Shown: positions 1 to 7,965, counted from the stretch's first letter. The stretch: 43,045 bases of DNA from ANME-2 cluster archaeon (GCA_023544605.1 JAMJFQ010000002.1:1-43045); one strand, 5' to 3'. Notes: generated by a model not told the origin, from the letters alone. Program-made: numbers and translations.

Positions 1-55
1 CTTTTCGTTACTTCATGCACATTGGTGTGAATATAATGGCAAACATATGATTGCA

Positions 56-233
56 GGCACTGTTCCAAAAATCAGTTATTTTGTTGACACCGACTTTAGG
101 TAAAATCTGTGTGAATCGGTGTTAATCAGTGTCTGGAAATATAAAAAGACACGGATTTCACTGATTAACACAGATTTGTAGTCGTATCTATTTAAGATAT
201 ATTCACTGTATAACTGGATTTTGGTATTGTGCC
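56..233. mobile_element. MITE-like non-autonomous element, copy A (~178 bp)
   Basis: Termini are inverted repeats: GGCACTGTTCCAAAAATCAGTTAT at the left end, and the reverse complement of the right end reads GGCACAATACCAAAATCCAGTTAT. Flanked by a perfect 9-bp direct repeat ATGATTGCA (47-55 and 234-242). About 85% identical by eye to a second copy at 42815-42990. No credible ORF inside. Confidence 0.65.
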
Positions 234-461
234 ATGATTGCATACGAAGATAATGCATCCAGGAAGGTCCTTTCAATTGGAGAATTTGATAACGCAACTA
301 CTGAAAATGCAATCATGATCCTCAAAGAGGCACAAGAGCATGTAAGAATATTCAATGCTTCCATTGATACATTAAATACAGGTCGAGGAGCACAATTGTA
401 CCAAAATAAAAAAGATAAAAATGGGGACGCAGAATCAGTTTTTCAAAATTATCAGACGTGA
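234..461 (+). CDS. hypothetical small protein (75 aa); possibly the 5' part of a frameshifted gene
   Basis: ORF in an AT-rich segment. Its ATG lies inside the target-site duplication of the MITE-like element. It overlaps the next ORF in another frame across an A-rich tract (403-420). Confidence 0.3.
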   Translation: MIAYEDNASRKVLSIGEFDNATTENAIMILKEAQEHVRIFNASIDTLNTGRGAQLYQNKKDKNGDAESVFQNYQT

Positions 462-651
462 TTTCCCGTCTGCCTGGGCAGATTATATCAATAAATCGGC
501 ACGACATGCGGGACTTACGTACGGAATTGACTACACTCTGACATCAGACGCCAGTTCTGTTACCTTTACCATAACGGGCGTAAGTGAAGAGATCCAATGG
601 TATGTTCTAAAAACGATCATTACTGCCAGAATGGGAATGGCAGGAGTATAA
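421..651 (+). CDS. hypothetical small protein (76 aa); possibly the 3' part of a frameshifted gene
   Basis: This frame is open from 376 and overlaps ORF 234-461. No recognisable motif. Confidence 0.3.
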   Translation: MGTQNQFFKIIRRDFPSAWADYINKSARHAGLTYGIDYTLTSDASSVTFTITGVSEEIQWYVLKTIITARMGMAGV

Positions 652-661
652 GCTGCCTGTG

Positions 662-997
662 TTAGATCTCTTCAAAGGGTGCGCCCATCTCGATCAACAC
701 CTCTCCAAACAATAACTTTTCTATGACCTGGGCAACAAACCTGCGACGTTGATGTTTCTGGATATCCTCGTTCATCCTCAATTCAGAATCGATCTGTACA
801 CGCAGCAGGGCGAACCTCAAGCTTTCCTCATCGTCAATCTCAAGCGCATTCAGCTCTTCAATGAGATACGGCAGGCTATACGGATCATCTATGGCCTTTG
901 CTATCAGTAGTATCTCCTCAGAGAAATTATCAGTATCAACATCCGTCTGTCCCAGTAGTAACCGGAGCGTATCCATAGAACCACTAACCTTTTGCAT
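662..997 (-). CDS. hypothetical acidic protein (111 aa), last gene of the cobamide operon
   Basis: ORF starts 4 nt downstream of the cobY stop on the same strand. Asp/Glu-rich, no recognised motif. Confidence 0.5.
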   Translation of the reverse strand: MQKVSGSMDTLRLLLGQTDVDTDNFSEEILLIAKAIDDPYSLPYLIEELNALEIDDEESLRFALLRVQIDSELRMNEDIQKHQRRRFVAQVIEKLLFGEVLIEMGAPFEEI

Positions 998-1001
998 GTA
1001 A

Positions 1002-1601
1002 CTATCCTTGGGTTCCCATCAACCTTGAGCATATCTCAAGGTCCTCTACCGTATTTACGTTCACGGCCAGATCGTGGTTGCTTAAAATATAGTTATAGTC
1101 CTCCTGCTCCTCTTGTATATTATCCGCATCCAGGATATTAATACCGGAAGGCACGATCAACTGATTGTCCCTGTTGAACACGGTATCGGGACGCAGGCCC
1201 TTGATCCTGCATACTGACAACAGGTTATAGACCGAAAGGGCAGGTTGGGGAACCGTATGGTACAGGGATATTACCTCATCCAGCAGCTCAGGCGTTATCA
1301 GGGGCAGGTCTGCCATGACGATAAGCACCGGACCTTTGATGCCGGCCTTGGTAATTGCATCCACCATATCATACACATATCCCTCTCCAGGAGTATTGAC
1401 CACATTGACGTCCCGGCCGCAATCCTTTAGCCATTTTACTGTCTCAGGTCCGTTGGAGGATGCCGCCACAAAAACCTTGTCCACGCACCTGGAACCTGCA
1501 ATGGCGTCAAGGACATAATCAATTAATTTCCTGCCATTGATCTCCAGCAGCGGCTTCTCAATGGGCAACTGCATCCTGCTGCCCCGGCCACCCGCCATCA
1601 C
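1002..1601 (-). CDS. cobY: adenosylcobinamide-phosphate guanylyltransferase, archaeal CobY type (NTP-transferase fold)
   Basis: N-terminal MAGGRGSRM glycine-rich nucleotidyltransferase loop, ~200 aa, 4-nt overlap with cobS, cobamide operon context. Confidence 0.8.
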   Translation of the reverse strand: MMAGGRGSRMQLPIEKPLLEINGRKLIDYVLDAIAGSRCVDKVFVAASSNGPETVKWLKDCGRDVNVVNTPGEGYVYDMVDAITKAGIKGPVLIVMADLPLITPELLDEVISLYHTVPQPALSVYNLLSVCRIKGLRPDTVFNRDNQLIVPSGINILDADNIQEEQEDYNYILSNHDLAVNVNTVEDLEICSRLMGTQG

Positions 1602-2386
1602 CAGGGCATCCAGGCTACCAGTCCTCCTGCATAGAACATAAAAATGGTAGTAAGAGCCACCAGGCGTCCCATTTCATGGGCAGTACCCAGGCAATCCCCG
1701 TTCAAACCACCAAAATGCCGGTTCGATACAACAACAACCACGACCGACATTACAATCCCTGTCAACAGGGCTGTAAGTCCTGCAATACCCATAGCAGCCG
1801 TGCAGACCACAGCAGATATGAATAAACTTATGGCGAATTGCTTCGAACCCGTATGATCAGATATCATAGACCCCATTCCCTGATGCAATGGTTTTCCGAA
1901 CCTGGCAGCTGTGAGCATGGAATGTTTGGATATCACCTCAGCGCTGAGCAGTGCAGTACCAAGACCCAACCACCAGAACCCATCAGAATTCATATTCGCA
2001 ATGGCCTGTATGACCACGAACAGCGCCAGGATATAAAAAATTACAACGGCTGCACCTCCCGTACCCAATGCCAGGTCCTTCATGGCTTTGATCTTCTTCT
2101 CCCTGCTTCCGTGAGCGGCAATACCGTCCCCAAAATCAGATATGGCATCAAGATGATGAAATCCTGTCACTATATAGATGGATACAATTACCACCACTGC
2201 AACAACGCCTGGGTAGCCGGGAATAAGAGTAAACACCAGTGTGGCCACTGCCAGCAGAATAAGACCGATGAGAATACCCACAACAGTGGACAGGTATGTA
2301 CGCCTCTGGAACTGTTCCAGGTTGTAAGATCTGCCTGAAGGCAGTGTGGTCAAAAATCCGATGGCTCCCAATATTCCTTCCAGCAA
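1598..2386 (-). CDS. cobS: adenosylcobinamide-GDP ribazoletransferase (cobalamin synthase)
   Basis: 262-aa polytopic membrane protein with a HHLDAISDFGDG motif typical of CobS. Operon context. Confidence 0.85.
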   Translation of the reverse strand: MLEGILGAIGFLTTLPSGRSYNLEQFQRRTYLSTVVGILIGLILLAVATLVFTLIPGYPGVVAVVVIVSIYIVTGFHHLDAISDFGDGIAAHGSREKKIKAMKDLALGTGGAAVVIFYILALFVVIQAIANMNSDGFWWLGLGTALLSAEVISKHSMLTAARFGKPLHQGMGSMISDHTGSKQFAISLFISAVVCTAAMGIAGLTALLTGIVMSVVVVVVSNRHFGGLNGDCLGTAHEMGRLVALTTIFMFYAGGLVAWMPW

Positions 2387-2388
2387 TT

Positions 2389-2919
2389 TTAAAACCCGCT
2401 CCTGGTATACATATTGGAAGATACCCCACCGATAAGTCCTGCGACCACATCGTCCATGAACGGTCCCATCTCCTTGATAATCCCGGGTTTGAGCTTATCG
2501 AACCTGACATACTCGAACATACCTTTGTGTCCTGCAATGTAGGTTGCTATGCTCATTCCCAGCACCTCGTCGCATACTAAAAATGTCAGGTCACGCTCGT
2601 AAGAATCCTGGCTCAAATTGGGCAGCTCACCAGCCTTGCCGGCCTGTTCAAGCTGGACACCCGCATAGATAAGGATACATAGGTTCGGGTCGCTCAGGGC
2701 AATGTCCAGTTCATGTTTGAACACCTCTATGGCCTGCTCTTTCGTTTCAATACCCGGATGGGGTACATACAGTTCCATGGCAGCCGCCAGCAGCACCTCT
2801 TCAGACAGTCCCATCTCAGTAAGGATATTCCTGATATCATGGTCAAATCGCCGGTCTATCTGTGTCGGGCTGTCGCTTTTCTTGGCTAACGGATTGTCTG
2901 AGAGTTTTATGGGAATCAC
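2389..2919 (-). CDS. cobZ: putative alpha-ribazole-phosphate phosphatase, CobZ-like (PgpA-related)
   Basis: 176-aa ORF between cbiB and cobS. C-terminal FMDDVVAGLIGG resembles the PgpA-family DD-x-x-AG motif. Family assignment is from recall plus context, not a search. Confidence 0.5.
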   Translation of the reverse strand: MIPIKLSDNPLAKKSDSPTQIDRRFDHDIRNILTEMGLSEEVLLAAAMELYVPHPGIETKEQAIEVFKHELDIALSDPNLCILIYAGVQLEQAGKAGELPNLSQDSYERDLTFLVCDEVLGMSIATYIAGHKGMFEYVRFDKLKPGIIKEMGPFMDDVVAGLIGGVSSNMYTRSGF

Positions 2920-2931
2920 TCCGTATCCTTT

Positions 2932-3882
2932 TTACCCTGTTAAGATGTTCACATGCAATAAATATAATACTCCAGAGGCCCCTGCGAACAGCACAAGGGA
3001 AGCCATTCCCACCAGCATGGCGGCCCGTTCGATATCTGCGGCCTCTGGCTGCCTGAGACCTTCACCAATCACATAATGTCCCGGTTTTTCCAGCCTGACC
3101 CCCAGTGCACCGGCCGCTGCAGCCATTGGCCAGCCTGAATTGGGTGATGGGGTAAGGTTGTGGTCACGTACGCATATCTTCACGGCATTTGCAGGACTGC
3201 CAGCAAACAGGGCTGCGGCAGCGATGAACAGCCACGACAGCCTGGCAGGTATCCAGTTCAGGATATCGTCAAGCCTGGCAGAAGGGCGGCCCAGTTCTAT
3301 GAATTCCCTGTTTCTGTATCCCACCATGGAATCCAGGGTATTGACAGCCTTGTACACCAGTGCACCAGGCAGTCCCAATATGAGATAGAACAGCAGCGGG
3401 GAAAGGATGCCGTCCACGAAGTTCTCTGAAATGGACTCGACCACTGCCGAAGATACCTGGTGTTCGTCCAGGTGGGTGGTGTCCCGGCTGACCAGTGCCC
3501 TGAGCTTCTCCTGTGCTTCATCTATCTTACCTGAACGTATCCGGTCCATGATACCGCGGGAGGTGGTCAGGAGCATCCTTACAGAAAAAGTGGATTTCAG
3601 GAAATATGCCAATACCAGCATTGCTGCTGTATCCGGGATAAGGGAAGCTGCCATCACCACAAGCACTCCTGCCAGCAGGGATATTCCCGTCATGACCGCA
3701 ACCATCAAGATTCCCAGAACCGTGCGGTTTTTCATGGGCAGCCCCTTAATATAGGTAATGCCCCGCCCCATCCAGACCACTGGATGAACTGCACCGGGTG
3801 GTTCCCCAAATAAGATATCCATGAAAAATGCCAGCAGCAGCACTTCAATACTTGGGGAGAAGATGAGGGGTATCATGTTCAT
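2932..3882 (-). CDS. cbiB: adenosylcobinamide-phosphate synthase (CbiB/CobD membrane protein)
   Basis: 316-aa membrane protein with N-terminal FGEPPGAVHPVVWMG, typical of CbiB. 4-nt overlap with upstream cobD. Confidence 0.85.
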   Translation of the reverse strand: MNMIPLIFSPSIEVLLLAFFMDILFGEPPGAVHPVVWMGRGITYIKGLPMKNRTVLGILMVAVMTGISLLAGVLVVMAASLIPDTAAMLVLAYFLKSTFSVRMLLTTSRGIMDRIRSGKIDEAQEKLRALVSRDTTHLDEHQVSSAVVESISENFVDGILSPLLFYLILGLPGALVYKAVNTLDSMVGYRNREFIELGRPSARLDDILNWIPARLSWLFIAAAALFAGSPANAVKICVRDHNLTPSPNSGWPMAAAAGALGVRLEKPGHYVIGEGLRQPEAADIERAAMLVGMASLVLFAGASGVLYLLHVNILTG

Positions 3883-5336
3883 AACAGCGGTTCGATCACT
3901 TGTTTCCAGATATGTTTGATATCATCGGGTCTATCTTCACATGCCATCAGTGCTTCCAGTATGGAATTTGCTACATCTGGCCGGTGGACCAGGTCACACC
4001 CTGCACAGCTCCATACCTCTCCCCCGGTCCGACGCTCTACCATATGTCCACCTGTCCTCTCATCCATGCACGGATAAAAGGGGCAAAAACAGAACGTACA
4101 GTCCTGACCCTCAAAGTGGCAAGGGTAATATTCACAATTTGTCCGGCCTGCGATCCTTCCCTGCTGCACTGCTTCATCAATGTTTTTTTGAGCGAGTTCC
4201 TGGCCCCACTGGGCCACTGACTCGCCAAAGGCGTCTACCAACCGCTGGTTCTCTTCACGGGTCCTGACGGCTACCCTGATGTAATCAGGCCCCATACGTT
4301 TGAACGATGCACAGTCCCTAACCAGGATACCCTGGTTACGCATGCGTTCGGTAAGTTCTTCGGAATCCATACCGAATTCCCTTATCTTGATCAGGATGAA
4401 ATTGGTGCTGCTGGTCACAGGATAAAAACCCCTGATGAGTGACAGGTGCTGGGTGAGCCATAGACGCTCCTGTTGTATTAACGCCCTTGAGCGATACAGG
4501 TATGAAGTGTCCTTTGTATGGGTATCCAGCAGCCATGTACCAACTGCTGCCGGGACAGTGCCCATGTTCCAGGGAATCCTGATATTCTCCATCCTTGCTG
4601 CCACGTCTTTGTGTACTATCCCGTATCCGATCCGCATTCCCGGTATGGCAAAGACCTTGGTAAGTGAGCGAATCACGATCACAAAGGGATTATTATCCAC
4701 TATTCCTGCGATACTCTGGGCAGGGTCCGACAATTCGATGAACGCTTCATCCACTACCAGGAATGTCTCGGTCTGCAAGCACCTCTGTGCCAGTCTTTCC
4801 AGGTCAGAACCGGGAATAAGTGTACCTGTGGGGTTATTGGGGTTGCAGATGAATACGGCTTTTGACCTATCGAGCAGGTCTGTTTCTATCTCTCCATCAC
4901 CCTGGTATACTTCCCTGTATTCGATATTTTCAGGTACCCCGCCCATGAGTTTGATACTCAGTTCGTATTCATCAAAAGTGGGCTGCGGTAGTAGTACCGT
5001 ATCTCCTTGCTCCAGAATGGTCTCGGCTATGAGTCTTATCAGCTCGGATGAACCGTTGGTGGGAACAATGTTGTCCGGGGTCACGCCAGCAAAGGCAGCG
5101 GCTGCTTTTTTGAATTCTCTATATCGGTTATCCGGATAATATTCAATATTTTCCAGGGCATCGTTAACGAGCCTTTTGAGCTGGTCTAATTCATACGGGC
5201 CCATGGGGTTGAGATTGGCACTGAAATCAAGCAGTTCATGTCCGCCAAGTTCAATGTTTTCTGCTACCCTGCCACCATGAACACAAGGATTAATGTCAAC
5301 AACGGACTTTCTTATGAATTGGTCAATATTACTCAC
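3879..5336 (-). CDS. cobD: L-threonine-O-3-phosphate decarboxylase CobD (class I/II aminotransferase fold) with a Cys-rich C-terminal domain
   Basis: PLP-enzyme motifs (NLNPMGP, NPNNPTG, SLTKVFAIPGMRIGY). GTG start. The last ~85 aa carry 9 Cys (CEYYPCHFEGQDCTFCFCPFYPC...CAGC...C). Confidence 0.8.
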   Translation of the reverse strand: MSNIDQFIRKSVVDINPCVHGGRVAENIELGGHELLDFSANLNPMGPYELDQLKRLVNDALENIEYYPDNRYREFKKAAAAFAGVTPDNIVPTNGSSELIRLIAETILEQGDTVLLPQPTFDEYELSIKLMGGVPENIEYREVYQGDGEIETDLLDRSKAVFICNPNNPTGTLIPGSDLERLAQRCLQTETFLVVDEAFIELSDPAQSIAGIVDNNPFVIVIRSLTKVFAIPGMRIGYGIVHKDVAARMENIRIPWNMGTVPAAVGTWLLDTHTKDTSYLYRSRALIQQERLWLTQHLSLIRGFYPVTSSTNFILIKIREFGMDSEELTERMRNQGILVRDCASFKRMGPDYIRVAVRTREENQRLVDAFGESVAQWGQELAQKNIDEAVQQGRIAGRTNCEYYPCHFEGQDCTFCFCPFYPCMDERTGGHMVERRTGGEVWSCAGCDLVHRPDVANSILEALMACEDRPDDIKHIWKQVIEPLL

Positions 5337-5508
5337 ACGTGTGCAATTGTGGGACTATACTCATAACTATTTCGAATTCAAGTTACAACATACCCAATTC
5401 AATTGTTTCAAGAACATAATTTTTTTCGAAAATGGAAAGAGATTTATAGGGAATGGTCAATATCTATCATGGGGAGGTCTTAATTCAGATCTGGAGGAGT
5501 TGAGTAAT

Positions 5509-5904
5509 ATGAAAATTCGAGTTGTAAGTTCTAAAGATGAAATTGATTCGTTAGGTTCTGATGAAGAAATAATTCACCTGGCATTCAGACCATCTAACAA
5601 GGATATATTTTCTCTTGTAAAAGCATGTCCTGACGTAAAAGCAATACACATTCCAAATTCGTATAAAAAAACAGTTTCCAAATCCATCAGGATGTTTTTA
5701 GAAATGCAGGATGTAAAACTGCTGGAAGGGGATGTGTGGGGACACCGTAAGGACATTAATGAATATTACGAAATCAAGAAGAGTGTGATTGACAGGATCA
5801 ACGAACTGAAGAGTGGAGGGTCATCAGAAAAAGACATCCTTAAAAAAATGATGAAAGAGACACGATTGAGTCCCGACCTTCTTGAGTTCATGCTTAAAAC
5901 ATGA
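5509..5904 (+). CDS. small conserved archaeal protein of unknown function (DUF1699-like), paralog of 34883-35164
   Basis: ATG at 5509 preceded by GGAGG (5493-5497); the longer ORF from 5293 is probably not translated. Shares FRPSxKDIF, PxSY and G(D/N)VWGHRxDIxxY with the ORF at 34883. Confidence 0.6.
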   Translation: MKIRVVSSKDEIDSLGSDEEIIHLAFRPSNKDIFSLVKACPDVKAIHIPNSYKKTVSKSIRMFLEMQDVKLLEGDVWGHRKDINEYYEIKKSVIDRINELKSGGSSEKDILKKMMKETRLSPDLLEFMLKT

Positions 5905-5922
5905 GAAAAATGGGGAGTATAG

Positions 5923-6029
5923 CGGACCCGCCGCGATTCGAACACGGGTCTGCGGGTATCTTCATTACCGCTTGGGAGGGGCGGTAAATACCGAAGCCCG
6001 CTAGGATATCCTGGCTACCCTACGAGTCC
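5923..6029 (-). tRNA. tRNA-Arg (anticodon UCG) with a 33-nt intron at the canonical 37/38 position
   Basis: Hand-folded cloverleaf: acceptor GGACTCG/CGGGTCC, D loop AGCCAGGATA, anticodon stem GCGGG/CCCGC, loop CTTCGG[intron]A, T arm CCGTG-TTCGAAT-CGCGG. Intron 5958-5990 forms a bulge-helix-bulge (CUUC pairs with GAAG, 3-nt bulges at both splice sites). No encoded CCA. Confidence 0.75.
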
Positions 6030-6153
6030 GCCACGTACCTTCTTTTATTGCATCCGGAGAGGATGTATTCCCTCTTTACCGAACGAATCCTATAAATAGG
6101 TATTCACGACAAAAATCCAAGTTTTTATGTGTTATCTGTACCATTAATCATCC

Positions 6154-7965
6154 ATGCAGCAAGGCAGTACAGTACATGATCCCCTTCACGGGCACGTACA
6201 CATCAACCGGCTGGAATCCCTCCTTGTCGGCACCCGTGAGATGCAACGCCTGCGCCGCATCCAGCAATTGGGGCTTGCCGATATTGCATTTCCGGGGGCC
6301 AACCACACCAGGTATGAGCACAGCATAGGCACCATGCACGTGGCAAATATGATGGCGAAAGCTCTGGGTCTGGAAGAGGTTGATGTGCAGAAGGTCAGGG
6401 TGGCAGCGCTGTTGCACGATGTAGGGCACTCTGCTTTTTCCCATTCTGTGGAGGCCGTACTGGCAAGGAACCCAGGCCTCATGCCGGTGATCGATGGTGA
6501 GCGGTTCTCGAACCACGAAAAGTTCACCAGCCATATTATCAAGCACAATTTTCCCAAATATGACAATATAGCCAGCGAGGTTACGACCGTTTTCGGGCTC
6601 GATGCCAATGAGTTCTTTTCAGACATATCTGCCATAGCTACCGGCAAAATCGATGAGGGGCTCAAACCCTATCTTGCACAGATAGTATCAGGGGATATCG
6701 ATGCAGACCGCATAGATTTCCTGATGCGCGATTCGTACCATACAGGTGTATCCCTGGGATTGATAGATGTGGAGCAGATAGTGGACAGTCTCACTATCCA
6801 CAACGACCGGGTGGTGCTGGGTGGACACGATAGTTATAGTGAGGATATGGCGCTGGCTGCCGCAGAATCCATGCTCATTGCCCGGTCACACCACTATTCA
6901 GCAATCATCCACAATCCTTTGACCCAGAGTGTCCGTACTATGCTGGTGAGAGCACTGGAGGATACCCTGGACAACATGGAAAACCGGCATGATATCGTGC
7001 TTGCCGTATCTGAATTCTTTACGATAATGAACGATGGGGACCTGCTGGAATTTATCAGGCAGCATGGCCCTCCCTCTGCCAACAGCTTGCTCCAGCGCAT
7101 CAGAGAAGGGAGAATATGCCGTACTGCGCTGCGGTTCAACCAGCAATCACTTAAACCGGGTGTCAGGATGGCACTATCAACAATAGCACGCTACGGTGCT
7201 GCCAAGCAGATGTTCGAACAGGAACTGGCCAGGCGCCTCACACAACATTACGGAGTGCCTGTACTGATAGACCTCTCCGTGGCAAGGGGGGTGCCCAAGA
7301 GTACACGTATCCAAAAAGGTGAGGATGAACATTTCCTCTATGACGAATCTGCCCTTGCAAACGGTCTGGTGCGCTCTATCTCACGCCAGATATCACTGTG
7401 TATATTTTCAGATGAGGGGGATGAAGATACGGGGATGGATGCTGGTGATGTTCTTGAAAAGATAGAAGAACTATCTCCGGATCTTTTGCGTTTTATCAGG
7501 TACGAGAAATACCTGAACATTGAAGGGATAATGCTTGTGTTCTATTGTCTTCACAGACTTTTCTCCCAAAAAGATGAACACAAAGTGTTAATACCGCGCA
7601 TCAGGAACATCAGCTGCCTGTACCAGCTGGTACAGGGATTTGCAGAAATTAAACGGCTTAAAGACCTGCTTGATTACCGGTTCCATGACAGGTACGGTTT
7701 TCCCTATTCTGATAGTCTGTTCGAGGATATCCAGAAACTGGTTGCCATGGGGCTGGTGGATGAGGACCTGCGGTATTATGATAAGAGCGGTCACTGGGCC
7801 CAGAGGTACGAGTATGTGCTGACCGGCGATGGAGTGGAATACGGTAAAAATATTGCCCAGTATTATAGCAGGGAAATGGAGCATATTACAGAATACCTGA
7901 CCATGCATAAACATGGGATACCCAGGGATATGGTAAGCATCAATACTAACAGGTATTACAGGTGA
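6154..7965 (+). CDS. HD-domain phosphohydrolase, SAMHD1/dGTPase-like dNTP triphosphohydrolase family, with a long C-terminal extension
   Basis: Motifs RYEHSIGT, LLHDVGHSAFSH and DADRIDFLMRDSYHTGV. At 603 aa it has ~160 extra C-terminal residues beyond the core. Confidence 0.8.
   Translation: MQQGSTVHDPLHGHVHINRLESLLVGTREMQRLRRIQQLGLADIAFPGANHTRYEHSIGTMHVANMMAKALGLEEVDVQKVRVAALLHDVGHSAFSHSVEAVLARNPGLMPVIDGERFSNHEKFTSHIIKHNFPKYDNIASEVTTVFGLDANEFFSDISAIATGKIDEGLKPYLAQIVSGDIDADRIDFLMRDSYHTGVSLGLIDVEQIVDSLTIHNDRVVLGGHDSYSEDMALAAAESMLIARSHHYSAIIHNPLTQSVRTMLVRALEDTLDNMENRHDIVLAVSEFFTIMNDGDLLEFIRQHGPPSANSLLQRIREGRICRTALRFNQQSLKPGVRMALSTIARYGAAKQMFEQELARRLTQHYGVPVLIDLSVARGVPKSTRIQKGEDEHFLYDESALANGLVRSISRQISLCIFSDEGDEDTGMDAGDVLEKIEELSPDLLRFIRYEKYLNIEGIMLVFYCLHRLFSQKDEHKVLIPRIRNISCLYQLVQGFAEIKRLKDLLDYRFHDRYGFPYSDSLFEDIQKLVAMGLVDEDLRYYDKSGHWAQRYEYVLTGDGVEYGKNIAQYYSREMEHITEYLTMHKHGIPRDMVSINTNRYYR

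Noticed and set aside
103-177. Inverted motif array around an AT-rich centre as a replication origin (ORB-like boxes)
   Set aside because: The same structure occurs twice in the window as part of a TIR/TSD-bounded mobile element. The AT-rich centre is only ~13 nt, and no orc1/cdc6 gene is adjacent.
76-297. 73-aa minus-strand ORF
   Set aside because: It lies almost wholly inside the MITE-like element and its palindromic core. The corresponding frame is not preserved in copy B.
4435-5139. 234-aa plus-strand ORF
   Set aside because: It is antisense to cobD, which has clear PLP-enzyme motifs. There is no motif and the composition is skewed toward Ser.
5334-5343. Perfect 10-bp palindrome CACACGTGTG at the cobD start
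   Set aside because: It overlaps the GTG start codon and is short enough to occur by chance. No second copy was seen in the window.
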